DNA of 64,000 nucleotides, from NCBI GenBank assembly GCA_964016885.1, contig OZ024743.1, forward strand, positions 167,214,001 to 167,278,000, given 5' to 3'. Shown piece by piece: positions 1 through 13,394 of the stretch. The position numbers were made by a program, and so were the translations under genes. The notes beneath the pieces are model-generated. The model ran no database searches. It saw only the letters and a list, made by a program, of their open reading frames with translations, and had not been told where the DNA came from. Each line of letters opens with the position of its first letter. Positions within the stretch are counted from its first letter, which is position 1. Source of the stretch: Eledone cirrhosa (Eukaryota).

Positions 1-19
1 GAAATGTATCATATGTAAG

Positions 20-394
20 GTGAACCCCCGGATAAGCTGTAAAACTAGAAACGTAGTCTATAGCATAAGATGTACAGAGGGTACTTGCAGAAACATGACA
101 ACAACATACATAGGTGAGACAGCTCGTAGCATAGGTGAAAGGATAGACCAACACTGGGGGGAACTAAAAGGACGAAAAAACGGGTCAGTACTATACGAAC
201 ATGCTAGACAACAACATGACGGTAACATAGACAACATAGAAATTAGAATAATATCTAAACATAGGAATGACCCAGCAGATAGGCAAATCAGAGAGGCCAG
301 TGAAATAGAAATTAGAAGACCAAAGCTAAACAGAAAGAATGAGTGGAACAACAACAACACCCAAACAAACAACACTGACCTAAGAGAAGTATAA
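20..394 (+). CDS. GIY-YIG endonuclease domain of PLE (partial, runs off window start)
   Basis: VVYSIRC...YIGET...E...LN motifs. Confidence 0.85.
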   Translation: MNPRISCKTRNVVYSIRCTEGTCRNMTTTYIGETARSIGERIDQHWGELKGRKNGSVLYEHARQQHDGNIDNIEIRIISKHRNDPADRQIREASEIEIRRPKLNRKNEWNNNNTQTNNTDLREV

Positions 395-660
395 ATAAGT
401 AAATAAAATTAAATAAAATAAGATAAATAAATACATACACAAGCACATAAACACTCACTAGTCACCCAGCAGACACAACACTATACACACTAGTCACACA
501 TCACACATAACACTATACACACACGCAAACGCATGCGCAAAGAAGACAAAATAAAATAAGATAAACAAACAAGCAAATAAATAAATAAATATATAGACAG
601 ACTGAACAAAAAAAAATGGCGTAGACATACAACACAACAGGAGGAACAATGAATATAACA

Positions 661-700
661 CCACTGACGATGTTGCAGATGTGCAACGAAAGATTTATGT
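661..700 (+). ncRNA. degenerate hammerhead-like motif
   Basis: CTGACGA-t-gttgca/tgcaac-GAAA-gatt-TA; stem I only 2 bp. Confidence 0.4.
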
Positions 701-967
701 AAACTATATATATGTGTTTGTGTCTATATTGTATCTGTATTATTTTTGACCGCCGGTCAGTCAATGGCAACATTGAGGACCGAGTAAGTTAGATCGCAGA
801 TATATATATATAAAAGACAGCGAGAAGCGAAAACCAACCAAACAGTGAGTGTGTTCTGTTATTAATTCTGGCAATATTACGCAAATATGACCCTCCCCAA
901 ATATAACAATATCTGTTTCGACACACGATTTCATATAAAAAACCTCGCAAAACTAATTCATCGCCGC

Positions 968-1129
968 TATATCTCTATATATATATATATATCTATATAT
1001 ATATATATATATATCTATATATATATATATATATATATCTATATATATATATATATATATCTATATATATATATATATATATCTATATATATATATATAT
1101 ATATATCTATATATATATATATATATATA

Positions 1130-1192
<63 letters not shown>

Positions 1193-1278
1193 ATATATAT
1201 ATATATATATCTATATATATATATATCTATATCTATATATATATATATATATATATATATCTATATATATATATATAT
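968..1278. repeat. (TA)n microsatellite with TC interruptions
   Basis: direct reading. Confidence 0.95.
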
Positions 1279-1593
1279 TACTCACATGTCGCTTCTTTTA
1301 AACACTCAGATAAACGAACATCAACGGCCCTCGCAAGTAAGGTATGGGATCTCAAGGATAGTAATATCCCGTACTCTATTGATTGGTCTATATTAGACCA
1401 TTCGAGGGAGTACCAAAGGGGCACAAAGAATTGTTCTTTGTGTACCACAGAAAAGTATAGGATTTTGCTAAACTTGAGAGACACTTCCGCTTGCCTTAAC
1501 TCTAAGACTGAGATCTTCAGATGCTGTCCTCATCTGAAATCGCATCTGATCTGTAACTGGATTGACACTCCTACGATAAATCAACCGCCTTGA
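1279..1593 (+). pseudogene. 5'-truncated PLE endonuclease C-terminus (Hydra-like); not in the ORF track
   Basis: manual translation [59 protein letters not shown], similar to 37694-38233. Confidence 0.85.
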
Positions 1594-1758
1594 ACTCCTT
1601 CTCTGCTCTTTACTTTTGCTACGGCTTTTATTTTGCTGCTTCTACCTTCTGTACTCTTGTATTTTAAAAAAAAAATGTTCTCCCTTACCTCCCCTTATAT
1701 TTTTACCTCCTCTTAGCCCTCCCCCCATATATTCTTTTTGTTTTGCCCTTCACATACC

Positions 1759-1908
1759 TATGTGTATGTGTATGTATTTGTGTGTGTATATATGTATATG
1801 TGTACGTATATGTTTGTGTATGTATATATATGTGTATGTATGTATGTATATGTATGTATGTATGTGTATATATGTGTATGTATATATGTCTGTATATATA
1901 TATATATA

Positions 1909-1954
<46 letters not shown>

Positions 1955-2230
1955 CGTGTCTGTATGTGTGTATATATTTGTATATTTGTGTGTGTATATG
2001 TATGTATATGTGGATAAACCAGGGCTTTTTTTCATTCTGAAGATTGAAGGAAACTTTTTTTGCTTTTAAGAAACCTCTGGTGAATGGATTAATTGCCTTG
2101 TATGGCTTTATTACTTTACTACTATATATACGTTTATGTAAGGTTCATTTGTCTTATCTAATACTGAGCTTTACACATACACACATGTATATGTGTGTGT
2201 GTATGTGTATGCATGTGTGTATGTGTACGT

Positions 2231-2276
<46 letters not shown>

Positions 2277-2525
2277 GTGTGTATATATGTATATGTATAT
2301 GTATGTATGTATATATGTATATGTATGTGTATGTATGTATATGTTGCGTGTGTTTTTATTTATTTTTATGTATGTGTGGGTTTGTGTGTGGGGGTGTGTG
2401 TGTGTATATATGTGTGTGTGTTTGTATTTGGTTGTGCGTTCTTTTGATATATACGTATTTGCATGTGTATAATTGTTTAGCTATGTATGTATATGTGTGT
2501 GTGCGTTTATATTTTTATATTTTTC

Positions 2526-2564
<39 letters not shown>

Positions 2565-2955
2565 GTGTGTGTGTGTGTATATAATTACATATACATGTGT
2601 GTGTTTATATTGTATACGTGTACGTGTTTGCGTATGTACGTGTTTATGTATTTGTATATGTATATTTATGTGTGAGAGTGTGTGTATGTGTTTACTATTT
2701 CGAACGTATGTATATGTGCTTATGTGTGTATTACTTACCACGCGTGTCTGTCCTGTTAGCTGGGGCATGTATCGCTGTCAAATATTTGTTAATATTATTT
2801 ATATATATTTTTTTCTTATATTTATTTGCGTGTGTTAATATGTAGTGGAGTGCATTCATGTATGTGTATGTATGTACGTTGTATGTTTGTGTGAATGTAT
2901 GTATATGTGTGTGTATATATATGTGTGTGTGTATGTGTAGGCTTGTACACACACA

Positions 2956-2986
<31 letters not shown>

Positions 2987-3003
2987 ATATGTGTGTATAT
3001 GTG

Positions 3004-3040
<37 letters not shown>
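1759..3040. repeat. mixed (TG)/(TA) low-complexity sequence, interrupted at about 2010-2170
   Basis: direct reading. Confidence 0.9.
2031..2088 (+). ncRNA. type I hammerhead motif, probably inactive (GUG at cleavage site)
   Basis: tcatt-CTGAAGA-stem II-GAAA-cctctgg-TG-aatgg; related to 3985-4044. Confidence 0.6.
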
Positions 3041-3049
<9 letters not shown>

Positions 3050-3584
3050 TAAACAAATAATGAATAAAACAATGAAACAGTTCCTTATATTAAACAAAAA
3101 AAGTTCATTATTTAACGATCGTTTCTAGGATATATATGTGTTAGAATTGGCATGCATATTCAACAGATCTATGTACAAAATTATACAAAATTATACAAAC
3201 TATCAAGATTAAATATACATACCAACACATATATACGCCGTCTTCAGAAGACGGCGTATATATGTGTTGGTATGTATATTTAATCTTGATAGTTTGTATA
3301 ATTTTGTATAATTTTGTACATAGATCTGTTGAATATGCATGCCAATTCTAACACATATATATCCTAGAAACGATCGTTAAATAATGAACTTTTTTTGTTT
3401 AATATAGGGAACTGTCTCATTGTTTATTCATTATTTGTTTAATATTTTATCTTGACTCTGTATACCGTTTATCTTTCACCGAAAGTGATTTTTCATTACA
3501 TCTCTTCTTTCCATGATATCCGGAATACATTGAGTTCTTCATACGGATTGGACACTACCGTAAACTCTTGGTAGATTTATCTAC
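3041..3584. mobile_element. PLE-type hairpin insertion: about 205-bp palindrome centred at 3246 plus 3' tail
   Basis: 3041-3245 is the near-perfect reverse complement of 3247-3450; CTGAAGA on minus at the centre; GAAACGATCGTT; tail 3451-3584. Confidence 0.8.
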
Positions 3585-3633
3585 ATATATATATATCTAT
3601 ATATATATGGATATGTACATGTGTATATATATG

Positions 3634-3667
<34 letters not shown>

Positions 3668-3745
3668 AGGGTGTGTGTGTGTATGTATGAATATATGTAT
3701 GTGTATATGTGTGTATATATGTGTATGTGTGTGTAGGTGTACGCT

Positions 3746-3783
<38 letters not shown>

Positions 3784-3984
3784 ATGTGTATATGTGTGTG
3801 CGTGCAAATTATATGTGTATATATGTGTGTGTGTGTAAGTATGCTTTTGTGTTTTTTTGTGTGTGTTTGCATGTGTAGTTTTATTTTATTTTATTTTTCC
3901 TTTCCTTCTCCCTTTTCCAGCCTCACTTTCATATAGATTGCATTTTTGTTTTTAGAATCCATATTCAATAAACAAACCAGGATT

Positions 3985-4044
3985 TTTCATTCTGAGGATT
4001 GAAAGCAAAACCTTTTGCTTTTAAGAAACCACTGGTAAATGGAA
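3985..4044 (+). ncRNA. type I hammerhead ribozyme
   Basis: tttcatt-CTGAGGA-ttgaaagcaaaa/ttttgcttttaa-GAAA-ccactgg-TA-aatggaa; predicted cut after 4037 (GUA). Confidence 0.85.
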
Positions 4045-4149
4045 TAATTGCCTTATGTTGTTTATTACATAATAATAATAATTAAGCTCTGTTGCTTACA
4101 TAGAGCACTCTTTTTTCCTGGACTTTTCCAATGGAATTACTTCATTCAT

Positions 4150-4470
4150 ACATATATATATATATATATATCTATATATATATATATATATCTATATATA
4201 TATATATATCTCTCTATATATATATATATCTCTATATATATATATATATCTCTATATATATATATATATCTCTATATATATATATATATATCTATATATA
4301 TATATATATCTCTATATATATATATATCTCTCTATATATATATATCTCTATATATATATATATCTATATATATATATATATATCTATATATATATATCTC
4401 TCTATATATATATCTCTCTCTATATATATATATATCTATATATCTCTATATATATCTATATATATATATA

Positions 4471-4505
<35 letters not shown>

Positions 4506-4878
4506 CTATATATATATATATCTATATATATCTATATATATATATCTATATATCTATATATATATATCTCTATATATATATATATCTATCTATATATATA
4601 TATCTATCTATATATCTATCTATCTATATATATATATCTATCTATATATATATCTATCTATATATATATATATCTATCTATATATATATATCTATATATA
4701 TATCTATCTATATATATATCTATCTATATATATATATCTATATATATATATCTATCTATATATATATATATCTATATATATATATCTATATATATCTATC
4801 TATATATATATCTATCTATATATATATATCTATCTATATATATATATCTATATCTATATATCTATCTATATATATATA

Positions 4879-4913
<35 letters not shown>

Positions 4914-5070
4914 CTATATATATATCTATATATCTATATATATATATCTATATATATATATCTATATATCTATATATATATATCTATATATCTATATATA
5001 TATATCTATATATATCTATATATATATCTATATATATATCTATATATATCTATATATATATCTATATATA

Positions 5071-5149
<79 letters not shown>

Positions 5150-5224
5150 ATATATATATATATATATCTATATATATATATATATATCTATATATATATA
5201 TATATCTATATATATATATATATA
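4150..5224. repeat. (TA)n/(TC) microsatellite, about 1.07 kb
   Basis: direct reading. Confidence 0.95.
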
Positions 5225-6331
5225 TCATCATCATCATCATCACCGTTTTACGTCCGTTCTTCCACGCTAGCATGGGTTAGACGGGTTGTCCTGTTGTGGG
5301 CAGTGTCTGGTCGGCTGACCATGCCTTGTTCATACAGGAACTGATCTGGCTTGATTTCTACAGCTGGATGCCCTTCCTAACACCAACCTCATTTACAGTG
5401 AGTGCTGGGTGCTTTTTCGTGGCGCCTACACGTCCACTTTACAGTGTGGGCTGGGTGCTTTTTTGCCGTGGCACCTCCACGACCACCTTGCGGTGGGGGG
5501 GGGGGGGCATATTGTTTATATGCTTCAGCATGTACCCATGGGAGGTCGGGTACCCTGTATTACTGCGTGACGCCAGAAGTCACGGTCGTGTGTCATTGAC
5601 TTTGAGAGGCGTAGTTGGGTAAGGTCGGCTTTTATCACCTCATCCCAAGTCATCTTGGGTCTCCCCACTCCGCGGTTTCCATCAACTTTTAGTGCTCTGC
5701 ACCTTTTTATGCAGCTGTCATCCTTCATACGCATCACATGTCCATACCAGCGTAACCGCCTCTCCTGCACGCAGCATTTGATTCCTCTTATGCTCAGTCT
5801 CTCTCTCAATTCCTTTATGCTTTGTCGTTCACGTATATTACTGTTACACATCCATCGGAGCATGCAGGCTTCGTTTCTCTCTAATCTACGTAAGTCTTCC
5901 ACCTTCAGCGCCCAGGTCTCACTACCATGCAACATCGCTGTTTGGATACACGCATCATACAGTCTGCCTTTCATTCTGAGGGAGAAGCCTTTTGCAGCTA
6001 GCAGTGGTAGTAGTTCCCTAAACTTCTTGCATCCCGTTCTTACCCTAGTTATTGTACTTTCTGAGCACCCACCTCCGTTGCTAATTCGGTCACCTAGGTA
6101 GCAGAAGCTGTCTACTGTTTCTACAGGGCCCTCCCAGAGATTGGTGGTACTTGTTTCCTGTGGCTGTTTGCTTGCTGTTTCAGCACAGCTGCTGCATGTG
6201 AATCCTACATTCTTAATTAAGCTTCCTGAGATCCCGCTACATCTCTTGTGTACCCATTGTTTGCATTTGGGGCAGAGAATGGAGTTCCTACCTACACCTT
6301 TCCTACATACTGAGCAAGGCCATTTCCCACA
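5225..6331 (-). mobile_element. 5'-truncated RTE-clade LINE with (TGA)n tail
   Basis: ORF 5525-5974: MLHGSETW, RLRWYGHVMR, GRPKMTW. Confidence 0.9.
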
Positions 6332-6360
6332 TATATATATATATATCTATATATATATCT

Positions 6361-6530
6361 AAGGATTAGAATACTGGAGCGTGTTTGAGTCAAACACCCT
6401 CTTCGTATTATAGAAATGACAGTAAAAGGTATAGCTCAATGCAGTTAAACAGAGCCCACAACAGGACAACCCGTCTAACCCATGCTAGCGTGGAAGAACG
6501 GACGTAAAACGGTGATGATGATGATGATGA

Positions 6531-6533
<3 letters not shown>
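6361..6533. other. PLE tail fragment (6361-6455, minus) fused to an inverted copy of the RTE 3' end (6454-6533)
   Basis: 6454-6533 is the reverse complement of 5225-5301; gctc-tgt..gca-tt-gagc hairpin at 6434-6455 (minus). Confidence 0.7.
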
Positions 6534-6571
<38 letters not shown>

Positions 6572-6696
6572 TATATAGATATATATATATATATATAGAT
6601 ATATATATATATATATATAGATATATATATATAGATATATATATATATATATATAGATATATATATATATAGATATATATATATATAGATATATAT

Positions 6697-6743
<47 letters not shown>

Positions 6744-6762
6744 TAGATATATATATATATAT

Positions 6763-6857
<95 letters not shown>

Positions 6858-6962
6858 TATAGATATATATATAGATATATATATAGATATATAGATATAT
6901 ATATAGATAGATATATATTAAGAGAGTAAAACAAAGAATCCTTTAATACATCAAAAGTTTTT

Positions 6963-7007
6963 ATTAGCCGACAATGTTTCGTCCTATTAAGGACTCATCA
7001 GGGCAAT
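6963..7007 (-). ncRNA. minimal type I hammerhead ribozyme (inverted copy)
   Basis: reverse complement of 7536-7580. Confidence 0.85.
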
Positions 7008-7535
7008 CAAACAACAAGAAGTAATTTCGGCAGATACAAGCCAGAAACTCTGAAGAATATGGGGTTTACATATACTAATGTCTTACAAGGATATACGATA
7101 ATAAAAATGAGGATAAAACTATAATAACTAATTATGTAGATGACATTAAGAACCATATTACAAATATGGTCCAAAGTCACCAACTTAAATCTAAACAGTG
7201 CAATATATACATGTATATATGTATATACATGTATATATTGCACCTTTTGATTTTTGATTTGGAATTTCAGTGTTGGTATAGATATATTATTATAAGAATG
7301 TATTATACTGTGTTATATATAATTCCTGTTCTATATAACCAAATTTGTTTAGATTTAAGTTGGTGACTTTGGACCATATTTGTAATATGGTTCTTAATGT
7401 CATCTACATCCTTAGTTATTATAGTTTTATCCTCATTTTTATTATCGTATATCCTTGTAAGACATTAGTATATGTAAACCCCATATTCTTCAGAGTTTCT
7501 GGCTTGTATCTGCCGAAATTACTTCTTGTTGTTTG

Positions 7536-7580
7536 ATTGCCCTGATGAGTCCTTAATAGGACGAAACATTGTCGGCTAAT
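7536..7580 (+). ncRNA. minimal type I hammerhead ribozyme
   Basis: gcc-CTGATGA-gtcct taat aggac-GAAA-cattg-TC-ggc; predicted cut after 7573 (GUC). Confidence 0.9.
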
Positions 7581-7713
7581 AAAAACTTTTGATGTATTAA
7601 AGGATTCTTTGTTTTACTCTCTTAATATATATATATCTATATATATATCTATATATCTATATATATATCTATATATATATCTATATATATATATATATAT
7701 ATATCTATCTATC

Positions 7714-8095
7714 TCGGAAGAAGGATCAGGATGGAGAGAGAGGTGCTGCACCCCAGCTGTTTCTACGAAAGATGGGTGAAAGTGGCGAGAATGGCCCGTG
7801 TGAATGGGCCTTCACTCTACATCAGACTATAGGTGAGGAAGATGAAAGACCAAGGGAGCACCCCTTCTCTGTGCTCCTGAGGAGAAGGGTTGCACACTTT
7901 TTTCGGGGGTGTGTGCGACCCCCCAAGGCGCCTCCTCTCTATTGAGGATTTTGTTAAAAATTTTATTTTTTGTTATATCTTATTTTATTTTTATATTTTG
8001 TTATTGCCTCCTCCTTATTGAGGACGCCTTTTTGTGTAAACGCCCCCCTTTGTACTTGTCCCACTTTTGATGCCCTAGTGGCAAATAAAAGAAAC
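7714..8095 (+). mobile_element. Tx1-type LINE 3' fragment
   Basis: near-identical to about 18505-18885. Confidence 0.9.
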
Positions 8096-8180
8096 ATATC
8101 TATCTATATATATATATATATATATCTATATATATATATCTATCTATCTATATATTTATATATCTATATATATATATATA

Positions 8181-8251
<71 letters not shown>

Positions 8252-8292
8252 ATATATATATCTATATATATCTATATATATATCTATATATA

Positions 8293-8335
<43 letters not shown>

Positions 8336-8590
8336 ATATATATATATTTCTAAATATATATATCTCTATATATATATCTATATATATATATCTATATATA
8401 TATATCTATATATATATATATCTATATATATCTATATCTCTCTATATATATATCTATATATATCTCTATATATATATATATCTATATATATCTATATATA
8501 TCTCTATATATATATATATATATATATATCTATATATATCTATATATATATATATCTATATATATATATCTATATATATATCTATATATA

Positions 8591-8708
8591 TAATTGTTTC
8601 TACTTTAGGCACAAGGCCAGCAATTACCCAGTGCATTACTGGTACTTTATTTTATCGACCCCGTAAGGATGAAAGGCAAAGTCAACCTCGGCGGGATTTG
8701 AACTCAGA
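8591..8708 (-). mobile_element. Octopus-type tRNA-derived SINE fragment
   Basis: B-box GAGTTCAAATCC on minus; core ttatcgaccccg.aaggatgaaaggcaaagtc; other copies at 46297 and 49158. Confidence 0.75.
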
Positions 8709-8725
8709 TCTATATATCTATATAT

Positions 8726-9155
8726 ATAATATAAGATCAAAAGATGGTTAAAGGAGTTCCATATATTTTATTATGCGCATTTCAAAAACAAACATCATCA
8801 AACAATAATATTTGTGTTTTCATCAGATAAAACAGGAGAACATCATATGAAGGCTAAAAAACACTTGTTGATAGTGCAGTTTTAAATCAACATATCAACA
8901 TATGTTGATTTAAAACTGCACTATCAACAAGTGTTTTTTAGCCTTCATATCATGTTCTCCTGTTTTATCTGATGAAAACACAAATATTATTGTTTGATGA
9001 TGTTTGTTTTTGAAATGCGCATAATAAAATATATGGAACTCCTTTAACCATCTTTTGATCTTATATTATGCATACTCCAGTCCCACAAACTGTAGAGTGC
9101 TTCTTATCCGATATCTGCATTGCTTTATTGTACTACAATAAAACTCACCTCCTAC
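8726..9155. mobile_element. PLE-type hairpin insertion: 170-bp arms plus tail
   Basis: 8726-8895 versus 8900-9069; tail 9070-9155. Confidence 0.8.
8963..9029 (+). ncRNA. type I hammerhead ribozyme (mirror copy on minus in left arm)
   Basis: ttttat-CTGATGA-14-bp stem II-GAAA-tgcgca-TA-ataaaa; palindromic stem III; predicted cut after 9023. Confidence 0.8.
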
Positions 9156-9186
<31 letters not shown>

Positions 9187-9358
9187 GATATAGATAGGTA
9201 AATATACACGGGTGTGTATGATTGTGTATAGAAGATTATATTAATAAGAGGAATTCCAACTTTGTCTGATTTACTCGTTTTATTTACAATCCTTTAAAAT
9301 ATATATAATGGTATTATAATGAAATAGTATGATAGAATATTAAATTCTAAGTGTTAAT

Positions 9359-9397
9359 TGAACAAGTACTTTCATGCTTTCGCAATCTTCAGGTTCA
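9359..9397 (-). ncRNA. minimal type I hammerhead ribozyme in PLE 3' region
   Basis: tgaac-CTGAAGA-t tgc gaaa gca t-GAAA-gtac-TT-gttca. Confidence 0.75.
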
Positions 9398-9772
9398 TGA
9401 TATGTGGTGACAGTCGAGTTTGCAATTTTCAACTGTAATGAGATGGGTAAATTTCCTACCTTTTATACATTTTATACAGAGAAAAGTGGCTCCAGAATGC
9501 AAAGCCCTGTAAACTGTATTTCGACCAATCAGTGTGTAGTTTCACTGAATTACTACAGCTGATTGGTTTAAGCGTCACGGCTGGTTGAGCATGCTAACGA
9601 CCAATAGTCATATCCAACGTATCAATTGTTTTGCTTTTTTGAAATGATGAAAATAGCATTTTCTATTAATCATCACCATCAACATCACTTTTATTATTAT
9701 TATTATTGTTGTTGTTGTTGTTGTTAGTGGTCGTGGTCATAGTGGTAGTAGAAGTAATACCCCTAGGCGTTA

Positions 9773-10057
9773 TTATTGTTCATTTAGCTTGGGTTTGAAT
9801 TTATCAATAAAATTCTTTTCTTTGATTTTTCTCTTGATTTCATTTGGGCTGTGTAATTTGTAGAATGGGAATATTATAAATATTCCCTGACCACATGTTG
9901 CCAGGTGGCCGCTTAGGGGTATCTGACGGACATTTGGGTCTCTGATTTGTTGACGGTGTACCCGTGCACGTTCCGATAGTGCATTTCCAGTTTGACCGAC
10001 ATATAGTTCTTCACAATTCGGGCATTTAATGCAGTAAATTAGATTTCTGCTTTTGCA
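9773..10057 (-). pseudogene. 5'-truncated PLE GIY-YIG domain (Neptune-like); not in the ORF track
   Basis: manual translation [54 protein letters not shown]. Confidence 0.85.
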
Positions 10058-10069
10058 GTGATCCAGCCC

Positions 10070-10170
<101 letters not shown>

Positions 10171-10191
10171 ATCTATATATATATATATCTA

Positions 10192-10258
<67 letters not shown>

Positions 10259-10417
10259 ATATATATATATATATCTATATATATATATATATATATATCT
10301 ATCTATATATATATATATATCTATCTATATATATATATATCTATCTATCTATATATATATATATATATCTATATATATATATATATATATCTATCTATAT
10401 ATCTATATATATATATA

Positions 10418-12336
10418 TCAGGGGCTGGATCACTGCTATGCACAGCAGCCGCATCTGCTCTAGGGTCAAGGTGAACGGCTACCTCTCGGAGCCGTTCAAA
10501 ATCGCGCGGTCCATCCGACAAGGGTGCCCTCTCTCCTCCCTTCTGTATGTGTTGACTCTCGAGCCACTACTGCGGAAGTTGGAGTTGTTGCAGGGCATCC
10601 CTTTGGAACCGGGATTGCGGAAAGCGGTGTCGGCCTACGCCGATGACGTGACAGTAATGGTGTCGACGGCCTCCGAAATCGAGGCGGTCGGCACCTTACT
10701 GGAGGAGTACGAAAAGTTCACAGGGGCTAAGCTGAACCGGGACAAGTCGATCGGTTTGCAACTCGGCAGGTGGAGGGGCAGACCGATGCCCTCCGATGGC
10801 GTCGTCGGACGCTGGACGGAGGGCCCGGTGAAGTTGCTCGGGGTCTGGTTCGGACTGGACCTCCAGGTGGAGAAAAACTGGGCGGAGGTTACGAACAGGG
10901 TGTTTGCACTGACCCAGAAGTGGGCCAGTTGCAAACTATCCCTGAAAGGTCGGGCGGAGGTGGCGAACACCTACATAGCGTCCGTCATCTACTACCGCCT
11001 GACCGTAGTGCCCTGCCCAAGGGAAACCCTCACCAAGATGGAGCGCGCGCTCTTCCAATTCCTTTGGAAGAGGCGGGCTCCTATGGTGAGGAGATCCATC
11101 TGCTGTCAACACCCTTCGAAAGGAGGGCTGGGGATGCCATGGCTAATGATGCGTAAACACGCATTAAGGCTACGGCACCTCTACGTATTCCTCACCGGAC
11201 AACCTGTGTGGGCCTCGTTCGTGAGACGAACCTTTCCCAGACTCGTCTCACTCACCGAGCTGCAATCCTGGGTCAAGCAAAGACCGAGAAAACTGGGCGC
11301 CTGGCACACTGAGTGTGCCCAGGCGCTCACCGCCCTCTGGCAGGCGGATCCGGTTATCAGTGGAGACTCCACCGCAACATTCTATAGAGGGCTGGTACGC
11401 AGCAGGTGCGACGACGCCCTCGGAGAAGCCCTAGACATGGAGGAGGATGAACTGGCCAGCCTGTTCGGTAGGACATTCAGCCCGGGACCTATGGAGAACT
11501 TCCAGAAGTCCCTGGCCTGGCAGTGCTACCGAGGAACTTTACCCGTTCGAGAAAGGCTCTACAGACACGGGCGCCCGGGTAGGGACCCCGCCAAAAAGAT
11601 CTGTCCCAGATGCGTGTGCGACGAGGAAACCGTTGCACACGCATTGGTACACTGCTCGGGCGTAGCCGATCTGTGGGGCTATGTCGAACAACTGCTGTCA
11701 AGGGTGGGACCGATCCGGTTGACCACCGAGTCTATTGTAATGATCAAGCCACCTCCCCCCTTCAAAGATGAAGCAGAGGCGGTGTTTCTGTGCGTAATAG
11801 CCATGGCGAAAGAGGTTGTATGGTGGACGCGTCTGAAAGGACTGAGGTCAGGCACCTTTCTCTCTGGCCAACAACTGGTCCGTTTCTTCCGATATCATTT
11901 CGGAAGAAGGATCAGGATGGAGAGAGAGGTGCTGCACCCCAGTCGTTTTTATGAAAGGTGGGTGAAAGTGGCGAGAATGGGCCGTGTGAATGGGCCTTCT
12001 CTTTACATGAGCCTGTAGGTGGAAAAGAGGAAGGAACGAGGGAGCACCCCCTCTCTGTGCTCCTGAGGAAAAGGGTTGCACACTTTTTTCGGGGGTGTGT
12101 GCGACCCCCCAAGGCGCCTCCTCTCTATTGAGGATTTTGTTATAAATTTTATTTTTTGTTATATTTTATAACAAAATCCTCTATTGAGGATTTTGTTATA
12201 ATTCTATTTTTTGTTATATTTTATTTTATTTTTATATTTTGTTATTGCCTCCTCCCTAGTGAGGACGCCTTGTTTTGTAAACTCCCCCCATTGTACTTGT
12301 CCCACTTTTGATGCCCTTGTGGCAAATAAAAGAAAC
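10418..12336 (+). mobile_element. 5'-truncated Tx1-type LINE (open RT C-half and zinc-finger region, ORF 10438-12018)
   Basis: RQGCPLS, YADD, CPRC..ET..H...C; near-identical to 17023-18885. Confidence 0.95.
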
Positions 12337-12489
12337 ATATATATATATATATATCTATATATATATATATATATCTATATATATATATATCTATATATAT
12401 ATATCTATATATATATATATATATATATCTATATATATATATATCTATATATATATATATATCTATATATATATCTATATATATATATA

Positions 12490-12546
<57 letters not shown>

Positions 12547-12583
12547 ATCTCTATATATATCTATCTATATATATATATCTATA

Positions 12584-12652
<69 letters not shown>

Positions 12653-12708
12653 ATATATATATATATATCTATATATATATATATATCTATATATATATAT
12701 ATATATAT

Positions 12709-12750
<42 letters not shown>

Positions 12751-12802
12751 ATCTATATATATATATCTATCTATCTATCTATATATATATAGATAGATAT
12801 AT

Positions 12803-12876
<74 letters not shown>

Positions 12877-12879
<3 letters not shown>

Positions 12880-13008
12880 CCTCTATTGGGGAAAATCGAC
12901 TAACTTTTAAATTCCATCTGTGATAACATTTTACACGTTTTTATTGTATGTAAACTTCCCCCTTTGTATTTGTCCCCTTCTTTTGTGCCCCTGTGGCTAA
13001 TAAAGAAA
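12877..13008 (+). mobile_element. diverged Tx1 3' UTR fragment
   Basis: ctctattg...ccccctttgtatttgtccc..gtggctaataaagaaa resembles the Tx1 3' end. Confidence 0.65.
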
Positions 13009-13060
13009 TATATCTATATATATATATATATATATCTATATATATATATATATATATCTA

Positions 13061-13181
<121 letters not shown>

Positions 13182-13394
13182 ATCTGGGATGGACACACGC
13201 GTATAACTTGCTGAGTAAGTTCTGTTTAAATTTCTATAGAAATCCTTGTCTGATAACTTTAATTTTTGTACCATTTTGTAGAGGGACTGCCAGGTCAAAC
13301 TTTGATCTGGTCAGTCTCTCAAAATATTCTACGCCTTTAGGCGGAATAGTTAAAAAAAAAAGTTTTTTCTTGTTGAAAAGTCAATATTTTTTAA

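Larger units (their letters stand above)
1..967 (+). mobile_element. Penelope-like element 3' end (C-terminal GIY-YIG endonuclease plus pseudo-LTR), tentatively Nematis-like
   Basis: ORF to 394 has CKTRNVVY..YIGETARS..ERI..H..LNRK GIY-YIG motifs; homologous to 55565-56900 (minus); ends at (TA)n. Confidence 0.9.
6918..7626. mobile_element. non-coding PLE-type insertion with about 280-bp inverted arms, each with an HHR
   Basis: 6918-7197 is the reverse complement of 7346-7626. Confidence 0.8.
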
